Shown: piece after piece, positions 13,171 to 24,599 of the stretch
Numbering within the stretch: the stretch's first letter is position 1
Layout: each line of letters starts with the position of its first letter
Assembly: GCA_951406725.2 (NCBI GenBank)
Contig: OX597817.1
Coordinates: 79,236,001-79,300,000, forward strand
Direction: 5' to 3'
DNA from: Octopus vulgaris
Lineage: Eukaryota
Length of the DNA: 64,000 nucleotides
The notes under the pieces: generated by a model
Told to the model about the DNA's origin: nothing
Databases searched by the model: none
The model's input: the letters and a program-made list of their open reading frames with translations, nothing else
Program-made: the position numbers and the translations under genes

Positions 13171-13215
13171 ACAGTGACATCGACGTTTCGGCCTTCTAAG
13201 CCATCATCGGACTGT
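13171..13215 (-). ncRNA. Type I hammerhead ribozyme-like motif (CCGAUGA+U, GUC site)
   Basis: Minus strand reads ACAGT-CCGATGA-T-GGCTT-AGA-AGGCC-GAAAC-GTCGAT-GTC-ACTGT. Stem I 5 bp, stem II 5 bp with one G-U, near-palindromic loop III. Confidence 0.7.
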
Positions 13216-13322
13216 TGGTACTATTTTTATTATATACTCTACGAAAAAGTATTGAATAATCTTTCGGTTTAATGTGAAATTGTTTTGAATATCAATTAAT
13301 ATACAAGCAAACTTTAATATAT

Positions 13323-14745
13323 ACAGCGTGTTCCGGCTAAATTCGATGATTTTACTGTCGCCTTTCTTTTTTCAGAAACAACTTGATGTATTGTTAAGCA
13401 GTCAATGGCGTTGGAGAGCATAAAGGTTGAAGAAAAGATTAGATAAGACAGAGTACTGGAAGCTATTGCAACATCGGAAACAACATCACCTGTATCACGA
13501 TGATTCCTGCCAGATATGAAAATGCCCCAAACTGTTGTTCAATGCGCTGGAATACTGTAAAGATTGTACATGACATGGGCATCATGGAAACCAAGTTCCT
13601 CCCAAACTGTGATGGTCATAGGGCGTGTATTCGATGAGACCGACATCATGCTGTTCCGCGTCTTTAAACAGGTCCTTAGTCTCAATTCAGTGAGCTAGAG
13701 AATGTTGCTTGGAGTTTGTGGTCAATTAGTGGCTGGAAATGGTTACGAGTGGAAAGCCATATGTGTAGCAGCAGGATTCAGTACTTTTGACCCTTTCGTT
13801 ACCAACCCGGCTGAAACCGGCTCTGGATCTTTAATATACATGTCTTGTTTTCATAAATTTTGAATTAAAATCTTCCACCAAATCTTATTCACAATTTATG
13901 TTCCTAACACTAGCTTAATGATAATGAAGTTATTTTACTAAATTCTTTGTTATATTTAAAGTAATTCAAAGAAACACAGAGTATCTCTAAATAAATTCAG
14001 TAACAAAAGCGGCGAGCTGGCAGAAACGTTAGCACGCCGGGCGAAATGCTTAGCGGTATTTTGTCTCGGTATTTTTGAACTCACTGCGTTACGCTGTGAG
14101 TTCAAATTCCGCCGAGGTCGACTTTGCCTTTCATCCTTTCGGGGTCGATAAATTAAGTACCAGTTACGCACTGGGGTCGATGTAATCGACTTAATACCTA
14201 TGTCTGTCCTTGTTTGTCCCCTCTGTGTTTAGCCCCTTGTGGGTAATAAAGAAATAGGTATTTTGTCTGCCGCTGCGTTCTGAGTTCAAATTCCGCCGAG
14301 GTCGACTTTGCCTTTCATCCATTCGGGGTCGATTAAATAAGTACCAGTTACGCACTGGGGTCGATAATATCGACTTAATCTGTTTGTCTGTTCTTGCTTG
14401 TCCCTTCTGTGGTTAGCCCCTTGTGGGTGGTAAAGAAATAGGATTCGGTACTTTGTTATACCAACAGAAAGAGTCAGAATTGGTTTTCGAAGAGATTCTA
14501 CGACTTCAGTAGCTCCACATTTTGGCCTCCTAATTCCCCGGATATTAATCCCTTGTTTTATTCTGTGTGGGGTGCCATTGAGAAAGATATCTGTCGCACT
14601 GTCTGCAACACCCCGGCCAAGCTGGTGGCCATGATCAAGGTGTTCAACGATCTTCCCTGAGACACAGTGAAGTACGCATGCACCAGGTGGCAGAGCAGCA
14701 TCGAGGCATTGTTGGAAACTGAAGACGGCTAATTTGAGTAAACTA
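13323..14745 (+). mobile_element. Decayed Tc1/mariner-superfamily (maT/DD37D-like) transposon with nested insertions
   Basis: TA-cagcgtgttcc start. TKF..TVMV-like segment near 13590. FWPPNSPDINPLFYSVWGAIEK and ACTRWQSSIEALLETEDG at 14520-14730. Confidence 0.65.
14009..14441 (+). mobile_element. Family B SINE, partial tandem dimer
   Basis: Full unit 14009-14258, followed by a second B-box-to-tail unit 14258-14441. Confidence 0.85.
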
Positions 14746-14767
14746 TTATCACCCAGCCATTTACTAC

Positions 14768-15172
14768 TCTCTCTTTTACACTTTTACTTGTTTCAGTCAG
14801 TTGATTGCGACCATGCTGGAGCACCACCTTTAGTCGAGCAACTCGACTCCGGGACTTATTCTTTGTAAGCACAGTACTTATTCTATCGGTCTCTATTGCC
14901 GAACCGCTAAGTGACGGGGACATAAACACACCAGCATCGGTTGTCAAGCAATGCTTGGGTGACAAACACAGACACACAAACATACACGCACACATATATA
15001 TACATATATACGACGGGCTTCTTTCAGTTTCCGTCTACCAACTCCACACACAAGGCTTTGGTCGACCCGAGGCTATAGTAGAAGACACTTCCCCAAGGTG
15101 CCATGCAGTGGGACTGAACCCGGAACCATGTGGCTGGTAAGCAAGCTACATACCACACAGCCACTCCTGCGC
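14768..15172 (-). mobile_element. Family A CORE-like SINE, full length
   Basis: tRNA head (tggctgtgtggta; gggttcagtccc), CORE-like tggcaccttggg.aagtgtc, internal microsatellite, LINE-like tail. Confidence 0.9.
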
Positions 15173-15321
15173 TAGTTGATTTTTTAAAAAACATATTTTT
15201 ATATTTGGATGGGGCATTCTTAATTTTGTGGTTCTGCAAACTATCAACTTTAGCCCGAGTATCCTGCATATATCTGAACGTGCACGAAAACACACACGCG
15301 CGCGCACATACACGCATATAT

Positions 15322-15610
15322 GGGGGCGCATGGCCTAGTGGTTTGGGCATTGCACTCGAGATCGCGAGATCGTGATTTCAATTCCTAGACCAGGTAGTGC
15401 GTTGTTTTCTTGAGCAAAACACTTCATCGCACGTTGCTCTGTGATAACTTCAACGTCTGACGCATAGTACACTTTGCATCTCTTTAAGTAACGTCGATTT
15501 GATGGAGTGAATGAGCTGATGTGCAGCGCATATGCTGTAAAGACATCATTTGTGCAGATCGCTCAGCAAAAAGCTGAATATTCATGCGTCGTCTTCGACG
15601 GGAGAGTTCG
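15322..15610 (+). mobile_element. tRNA-derived SINE (family C-like)
   Basis: ggggcgcatggcctagtggt A box, B-box-like atttcaattcc, and ttcttgagcaaaacact. Confidence 0.6.
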
Positions 15611-16062
15611 TCATATATCTAATATAATAAATGCGAAAACTAATTACTGTGTGTCAGTGTGTCACGCTTAGACACACTATTCAATAGCACTTCTACTATT
15701 TAATGACATTCTCACTATTCAATGACACTTCTACTATTCCACATGATGGGGTGAGAGTAACAGTAGATACAGAGACGATGATGGTGGTGGTGAAGACTGA
15801 CAGATGGAGGGAGATAGAAAGAAAAACGAGGGAGAGAAAAAGAGAAAAAACATTTAGGAAGAGTTGATGATGTTTTATTAAAAGTAGTAGTGTTGATGGT
15901 GGCAGTGGGGGTAATAATGAAAGAGAGAGAAAGAGTGGGTATGTGAGAGGAAGAGGAAAATGATGTACAACTTTGTTTAACTATGTCTCTTTGACAGAAA
16001 TTCCTGTCGCCAACATACTGAACACTATCATTTTAGTTTTTGCTTTTTTTATAAATACACAT

Positions 16063-16173
<111 letters not shown>

Positions 16174-16996
16174 CAAAACATTCAAACACTGAGATTTGAA
16201 ATCAGAAATCAGTACTGTTCTTATCATCTCTGGATAAATTTTAAAATTGATGATATCACCAGCAGTGACATAGGTGGATCGCAGGCGCAGTGGTGGTTTG
16301 TTGCCAACTTAATGTGGCAGTCCCAGGAAAGAGAAAAATGTTACTGCTATTTAGCCCCATATATATAGAGAGACATGGACAGTGGGAATTTTACACAGAA
16401 ACTGCTAGCCTTCTGTAATATATATATATAATACAATATTAAAAAATAGTGAAAAATAAGTTTCTACCTATCAACTGCACCAAAATGTGTAAATATTTAA
16501 CGTATTAGAGTAATGTGGGAGAGAAAAGGAACGGCGTTGGATATCTTCGCTTTTTATGCAACCGGGACGATGATAAAATCAACGACGCCATTAATAGCGA
16601 TAACAACGAGGAGAAAGATGGTGACAACGACGGCGATGTTGATGATGGTGACGACAATGACCTCCACAGCGACGATGATAACAATGACGATGACGATGAA
16701 GTCGATAAGGGATAGGTTCGAGCTTATATTACTGAGAATAATGATTATAATTTAGCTATCATTCCATCATCATTATCGACATCATCGTTGACAATAAGAG
16801 CGTTGAAGACAACGAGAACAATGAATGATGACCATAGTAATGAAAATAGTGTTATTTTGATTATTTGCCACAAGGATATTAGAAGAACACCATATTACAA
16901 TGAATTAAAACGCAATTAGCACTATACAAAGAAAAGCGGAAATTCGGTGAGCAACATTGCATACGCACACCCACTCGCATGCACATATGCTTATAC

Positions 16997-17049
<53 letters not shown>

Positions 17050-17084
17050 TAAAAATTATTTATAAATTTATATATATATAAATT

Positions 17085-17115
<31 letters not shown>

Positions 17116-17403
17116 TTATATTTACATATTGAGAGAGAGAGAGAGAGGTATATGAGTGTGTCTATGTATGTATGCACTCGTAATGTAAATATATAGTTTT
17201 AAGAAATAACGACGATGATGATGATGATGAATCGACTAGTAATTATTTAAAAAAAAAAAACATTCAGACATTCAGAAATCATCTGATTTCTTGTTTAAAA
17301 TGTATTTTCCTTGAAGATAAAAATCCTAACATGGAAAAATCAAAAGCCATTTTTTTTTTTCGCATTTATTCCATGTATGCTATGCTGACCAATAATAATA
17401 ATG

Positions 17404-17470
<67 letters not shown>

Positions 17471-18523
17471 CAACATCAATAATAATAATAATAATAATAA
17501 AGTATTTTTTTAATAATAATAAAACTGGCGTTTTTTCTTTCTTTCGTTTAATGTAAAACAAAAGTTTCCTTTTTTTTCTAAACATTATTTGTTTATTTGT
17601 TTCAAAGATATCTGTTTGTACTTGCTGTAATTTCAGCATAATTATGTTTATTCATTGGTATCATTAAAAATAATGCCTTTTTGAGCAAAAAAAAAAATGT
17701 TTTTATTTCTCTTATGTTTATATTTTATTCAGTTTTGTTGTTGTTTTTGCTGTTATTTTCTTTTCTTTCTTGAATTAATATGCTGTATTATTTTACCTGT
17801 TACTCTCTTTTCGCAATGAAGCCGCACATATTTTTATGCCCGCGTGTGCTTACACACACGCACTTACACAGACGCACACACATATGTTTACATAAATATA
17901 TATATATACGCACACACATATGCATATATATACACATATTTATGTATATATATACTTACACGTATAATATGAATGCATATATATATGTATATATTTAAGT
18001 ATTTAAGTATATTCTATATATGTATGCATTTATACACGCACGTTCACACATATACACACGTGTATCTCATGTACGTATGCACTAAACATGGCTATGTTCT
18101 GATTGTGTAATTTTTAGTGAAGTCTTCATGCATCTCTGTAGAAGACACTTATAAGTTCCTTGGAAAAATAATGTTTCCAAACTCGTCCTTGTCAGACGTT
18201 TCTTGGCTATTTCAAATCATTTTCAAGATCTTCAAGGTTTGGGTTTCTTGTTTTACTCTTTCTATAGCTTGTAATTTATGTGTATTTAAATATACCTACC
18301 TATATTTTACAGGCAGTTGGTCAAATTTTTGCGTCACCAGATTGGCGTTTGTGATATGGGCTCACTGGACGCTAATTGTAGACTTGTAATTCGATAGTAG
18401 TATTACTTTCAATTAATTTGCAATAGATATAATCAACATAAAACATACACAAGACGCAAATGCAAACCCAATAATGTAGAAGTCTAACGCTGTCATAATC
18501 GAATCCTAGCGTACAAGATTGTA

Positions 18524-18586
<63 letters not shown>

Positions 18587-18850
18587 ATATCTATCTATCT
18601 ATCTATCTATATATATATATATATATATATAAGAGTATAGAAAGGGCAGCCTAGACGCAAAAGTCAATCCACATCCTTCAGATGATCCTGAAGTTTGAGA
18701 ACATTCATAATGACAAATTAAAATATTCATTACTTCAAACAAAGAACAAGGATCTAATACGGAGATGCGACAAACTTTTGACAAAGAAAATGAAATCAGA
18801 ACATAGTCGTGTTTCAATAGAAATTAAAAGAAAAGGTGTACGTTAGATAT

Positions 18851-19255
18851 ACTCTCTTTTACTCTTTTACTTGGTTCAGTCATTTGACTGCGGCCATGCT
18901 GGAGCACCACCTTTAATCGAGCAACTCGACCCCGGGACTTATTCTTTGTAAGCCCAGTACTTATTCTATCGGTCTCTTTTTGCCGAAGCGCTAAGTGACG
19001 GGGACATAAACACACCAGCATCGGTTGTCAAGCAATGCTAGGGGGACAAACACGGACACACAAACACACACACATACATATATATACGTATATACGACGG
19101 ACTTCTTTCAGTTTCCGTCTACCAAATCCACTCACAAGGCTTTGGTCGGCCCGAGGCTATAGTAGAAGACACTCGCCCAAGGTGTCACGCAGTGGGACTG
19201 AACCCGGAACCATGTGGCTGGTAAACAAGCTACTTACCACACAGCCACTCCTGCG

Positions 19256-19257
<2 letters not shown>
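18851..19257 (-). mobile_element. Family A CORE-like SINE, full length
   Basis: Near-identical to 14768-15172. Confidence 0.9.
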
Positions 19258-19322
<65 letters not shown>

Positions 19323-19323
<1 letters not shown>

Positions 19324-20321
19324 AACAAAGGTTAAAATTAATTAATTAAGAAGTAATCAATAATTTTACCAAGTAGAATTCGGCATGAAAAAGGACCATT
19401 TCACGGTAAACTTAAGTAATACTTTGTAACTAGGCTTCAGCAGAGATTTGCTTTACCACATACCGAAGTTTAGAAATAGCAACCAAAAAACCTTAGCTAT
19501 TTCTTCTACTTTTCTTCATCAGCATGTGACTTCAACAATATTAAATATTAAAAATATTAAATTCGAAGGCACTGGAAGAATTGAACATAGCTCTCCACCT
19601 AACGGTGTCAGACAGATCATATTCAGTGTTAGTACTGAATACGAATGAGGTTCATCACCTTCCCTGCCCATTCGCGTGTGTCGTCAAGTAAAATACTACA
19701 GAAATCTTTGCTGAACCCTAATTATAAAGTATTACTTAAGTTTACTGTGAAATGGTCCTTTATCATGCCGAATTCTACTTGGTGAAATTATTGATTACTT
19801 CTTAATTAATTAATTTTACCCTTTGTTGTTATTGATAATAGAATTTTCTCCCTGATAACAAACTACAGATTTTTCTGTAGTATTTTACTTGACACACGCG
19901 GATGGGCAGGGGAAGGTGATGAACCTCATTCGTATTTTAAATTCGGCGGTACTAACACTGAATATGATCTGTCTGATACCGTTAGGTGGAAAGATATGTT
20001 CAATTCTTCCAGTGCCTTCGAATTTAATATTTTTAATATTTAATATTGTTGAAGTCCCATGCTGATGAAGAAAATGGTCAGGTAAAGTATAATTCTATAT
20101 TCTTTATACCGATCTAATTCCGAAACGCGCGTACGTGGGTAAACTAATATCGATTGATTTTCGTTATTTTTCCCCTTTGCCTGCGTGGATTGTTTTCAAG
20201 TATTTTGTTTTTTTCTGGGAGTCCCTTTTTAAAGTAGAAGAAATAGCTAAGGTTTTTTTTGCTGCTATTTCTAAACTTCAGTACGTGGTAAAGCACATCT
20301 TTGCTGAACCCTAATTATAAA

Positions 20322-20323
<2 letters not shown>
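19323..20323 (+). mobile_element. Hammerhead-bearing 593-nt unit with an inverted, circularly permuted upstream copy
   Basis: atctttgctgaaccctaattataaagta occurs at 19704 and 20297. 19323-19706 is the reverse complement of unit segments in permuted order. Flanked by (TG)n and (TA)n. Confidence 0.75.
20056..20139 (+). ncRNA. Type I hammerhead ribozyme motif with long stem II
   Basis: CCCATG-CTGATGA-[long imperfect hairpin]-GAAAC-GCGC-GTA-CGTGGG. Perfect palindrome ACGCGCGT. First stem II pair is an A/C mismatch. Confidence 0.75.
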
Positions 20324-20384
<61 letters not shown>

Positions 20385-20683
20385 TGTGTGTGTGCGTACC
20401 TGTGTATGTATATATGAATATATATGTGCACATGTATATGCACATGTAAGCATATATAAATAGATAGATAGATACATAGATAGATATAGTCTTAAAAATA
20501 ATGTTAGGTGGTGAAAATGAAAATTACATACTGGTACAGATGATCTTCAAAGCTTTCGAGGAAAAAGTAAAATAATTCAACATCTGCAGACACAAAGACA
20601 TGCACAAGCAAACATACAAACATATATGATGCATATATATATATATTGAGAGAGAGAGAGAGAGACGCACGCATATATACATG

Positions 20684-20738
<55 letters not shown>

Positions 20739-21034
20739 AAACATGTTTTTTTTTGCGCCGAAATGTTCCGGGTTCAGTCCCACTGCGTGGCACCTTGGGC
20801 AAGTGTCTTCTACTATAGCCTCGGGCCGACCAAAGCCTTGTGTGTGGATTTGGTAGATGGAAATAAGATGACGATTTATTTTCGAACGTAATGATGCCAT
20901 TAGAACAGCAGAAACATCGGGCAAATTTCCCTTACAAAAAATGACTGCTAACAAATTTTTCCGCTTTTTTTAACCCATGTTTCTTCTGTTCTAATGGCGT
21001 CTCTGCGTTCGAAAATATATCATCAGCTAATATA

Positions 21035-22100
21035 TCATAGCATTTGAAAGAGATCGAAAGCGGTGGAAATCCGTTGGTGCGAAATCAGGAGAGTACGGCG
21101 GGTGTGGCAGCACTTCCCAGCCATGCGTTTGAATGCCTTTCTTGGTGATATTGGCGATATGAGGGCGGGCGTTGTCGTGCAGCAAAAGAACTCCATGATG
21201 CCGATTAGGTCTTTTCTCTGGAATAGCCGCGTTGAGTCGTTCCATCTGCTGAACATAGAGTTCCGCGTTGACCGTTTTGTTCTGTTCAAGCAATTCGTAA
21301 TGGATAATCCATTCCCAGTCCCACCATACGCACAACGTCGTTTTACGCGAATGAAGATCTTGTTTCACGAGCGGTTTCGCTTGTTTACCGGGGCTAAGCC
21401 ATTCCTTACGCTGCTTCATATTGATGTACAGGTACCATTTTTCGTCGCTAATAATGATTCAGTAAAGAAATCGTTGCTTGTGCCCATAAGTTGAACGGTG
21501 ACAAGCAAGCAAACCAGTGGCTCTTGTGGCTCGTTGATTTTTGTTGTTATCACTTAAAGCATGCCGAACCCATGCTCCATACATCTGAACCTTTCCCATC
21601 AAGTGAAGATGCTTCTCTATAGCAGTTTGGGAGCATTCCATTTTCTCTCCCAGTTTCCTTGTCGTTTGACGAGAATTTTCGTGCAGAAGTTGGTTTAATC
21701 ACTCTTCATCTAACTCAACTGGATGGCCAGAACGAAGTGCGTTTTGAAGTCAGAATTTCGATTTTTGAACTTGGCATACCAATCCCGAGCGGTTCTTTCA
21801 GCTATGGCACCCTCTCCATACACAGCACAAATGTCGTGAGCAGCTTTTGCGGCCTTAGAACCTTGATTAAAAGCAAAAAGAATGAGGTGTCGAAAATGCC
21901 CATTTTTCTTAACTTAACATTCCATTTTAATAATCTGAAAATAAACAAACATTAACTAAAATTAACGAGAAAAAAGAAACAAAACAGATTCCAAAATGAT
22001 TCAAAAATATAATTCTCGAAAAAAATAGATTCCAGAATTTAAAAACGCAATAAATTCCAAAATTTGATAAAACGGTGGGAACTTAGTTGCCAACCCAATA
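21035..22100 (-). mobile_element. Mariner transposon, 3'-truncated transposase pseudogene
   Basis: TIR tattgggttggcaactaagt at 22100, ATG at 21925. Motifs WVRHAL, LCVWWD, LLHDNARPH, HPPYSPDFAPTDF. Stops and frameshifts present. Confidence 0.95.
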
Positions 22101-23155
22101 TTTATTTAGACACACACACACACACACACATCGAAAAACGGGAAATTACAGAACTCATAACTATAGAATATTCTTTCTTATATATTGTAAATGAAAGGCT
22201 TATAATTCCAGTACACTATGTTACACGTTTCCGATCATTCAGCTGTAATCCGAGCCTCGTTATCCTTTGAGATATCTGCTGTTTGAATATATTTTCTGAA
22301 CTATTATATAAAAGTTATGATGAAAACGCTTTGCTTTGTTATTTCAAAAAATGTATTTGAGTTCGACGCAAGCAAAAACTGCTATTTCAAGCTTACGTTT
22401 TTTGTTCCATTTCTGGCTTTTATGCGTAGTCCCAACAATTTTAACTGCATACAAACGAAATCTTTGTCATAACTTTCCTCATGAGATTGCGTTGTTGTTT
22501 AAATAATATTTTACCGTAATATTTTTAAAGTATTATTTTTAAAATAATATTTTTAAACACAATCTGTGTGTGCATTGGAGTGAGTGGGTGTTTTACCTGT
22601 GACTGTATAAATGTACATAAATATATATACACATTCGCACACATATATGCATATATATGAACATACACACGTATATTAATGCATACATAAATATACAACG
22701 TAAATATATTTGCATATCTTACACACACATATTGACGTATGTACACATTCGTATGCATACACACACATATACAAATTCATATTAATTAAAATTATCAAAG
22801 CGAACGCTTTTTCTCCCAGAACTAGGACGAAATTCAAGGAGGATTGTATTCATATAAGCGAAACGTAATTCCATGTATATAAAGCGCAGATAGTTCTGCA
22901 TTTGTTATTGTCTTGAGCCAAAATTCAAATTTTTTTTCGCTCTAAGGCCACCTTGCACTTTTAATTTAAAGCTACCGTTCCTATATAGCTGTGCATCGTT
23001 AACAATTGAAGTAATTTTGAATTCATTGGAACTTCTGTCATGCAAGAAACGTAAATTTCGAAACAAATGTAACACTTTTTTTTTTTATCGGAGCTAACAA
23101 ATGAAAGTTTGTGCTTATAAAATCGAGTTTTTAATATCAGTTTTAATGGTCTATA

Positions 23156-23704
23156 CACAGCCATGCAGGAAGTAAATAGACACCTTTAATTTTCAAAATC
23201 TTTTATTTGATATTAATTGATTGAAGGAGAGGTTTTCTTCTAGCTGCTCGTCCATAATACTCAAGCTTATGCAGATATGTAACACACGTTCTTGGACTAA
23301 CTTCTAGCTGTTTTGCAATGTCAGAAGCCTTCGAACGGGATTCGTTTTCTGCAATTCTCTTCAAACAGCGATGCTTCCTTTCCGAGGGCCCAGATCGGCC
23401 GGGACGAGAACCTGTTGATTCTTTTCCTTGGCTTTTGAATTGCACTTTGGGGATTTTCGTTAATTTTTCGCTGGCTAAGACCAGCCTCAGATTGCCCAAC
23501 AATACAAACTCTTTGAATATCTGACAGTTGTGCTCAGTTTTTTGTGCGTGGCATGGTTACTCTTTGCAAATGATGAATATTATAGCACCTGGAAAGAAAA
23601 AGAATAAATACATGGTAAATTCTACACCGCTGAAAACATATTAAGACGCTTAGATCAGAAATTTTGAAAATTAAAGGTGTCTCTTAACTTCCTACATATC
23701 TGTG
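23156..23704 (-). mobile_element. Internally deleted Tc1-like element
   Basis: TIRs of about 45 bp (cacag..atg.aggaagt.aa.agacacctttaattttcaaaat), TA on both sides. N-terminal HTH remnant ending GRAARRKPLL. Confidence 0.85.
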
Positions 23705-24337
23705 TATACATATTTTCAATTTACCCCTGCTGCATATTATCGATTGTGACGGGGAGTTGCATTTTAGTGACCAGTTCTCACAAATTCTAACCTTGCATGA
23801 TCTTTGTTGTTCGCTCCTCATCACTCTTTTTCATTCAGTACTACCGCATTATGACGTCTGATATAACAACCAAAATTCATAGAAGCTGACTAAGAGTAAC
23901 ACATTTTCTATTTAATAGCTTTCTATACTTATGCCTTGACTGAGAATGTCGATCTAAAGAATTCGCTACCTATATCAGTTCTTGTTGCTTGGTTGAATAT
24001 TCGGTGCTATCACAAAATGTTCCACTTTCTATTTCTGTTCTTATGTAAGTCAATGCACTACGTAGTGCGTTGACCCTGACTCTTTTTTACGCATCTAATC
24101 ATATCAAAGAAGCTGCTATGTATTAGCGCCTCGTTATAATGCACAGCTGTTTCCATGAAAACATTCTCATCGGAAGTAATCGATTATACCCATTTACCAG
24201 CGTTGTCAACCAAGTTTCTCAAGAAACTAACTATTATTGACCTTGTATTATTTATTAACTATTATTGAACTTTATTAACTATTATTGTATACAAGTTGTA
24301 TCGAGAAAGTTAATGGCAAATAAGTTTAGTATCTTAA

Positions 24338-24555
24338 GGCGGGGAGGCTGGCAGAAACGTTAGCACGCCGGGCGAAATGCTTAGCGGTATTTCGTCTGTC
24401 TTTACGTTCTGAGTTCAAATTCCGCCGAAGTCAACTTTGCCTTTCATCCTTTCGGGGTCGATAAATTAAGTACCAGTTACGTACTGGGTCGATCAATCGA
24501 CTGCCCTCTCCCCCCCAAAAAAATTTTGAGCCTTGTACCTAGAGTAGAGAAGAAT
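24338..24555 (+). mobile_element. Family B SINE
   Basis: Matches 3373-3588. Confidence 0.85.
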
Positions 24556-24599
24556 TAGTTTAGTACCTACAGTGATGCTAAGTTCTACTTCCTGAAATA

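Noticed and set aside
15618-16000. Helitron-like 5' end (TC-taatataataaatgcg)
   Set aside because: No matching 3' hairpin plus CTRR end located.
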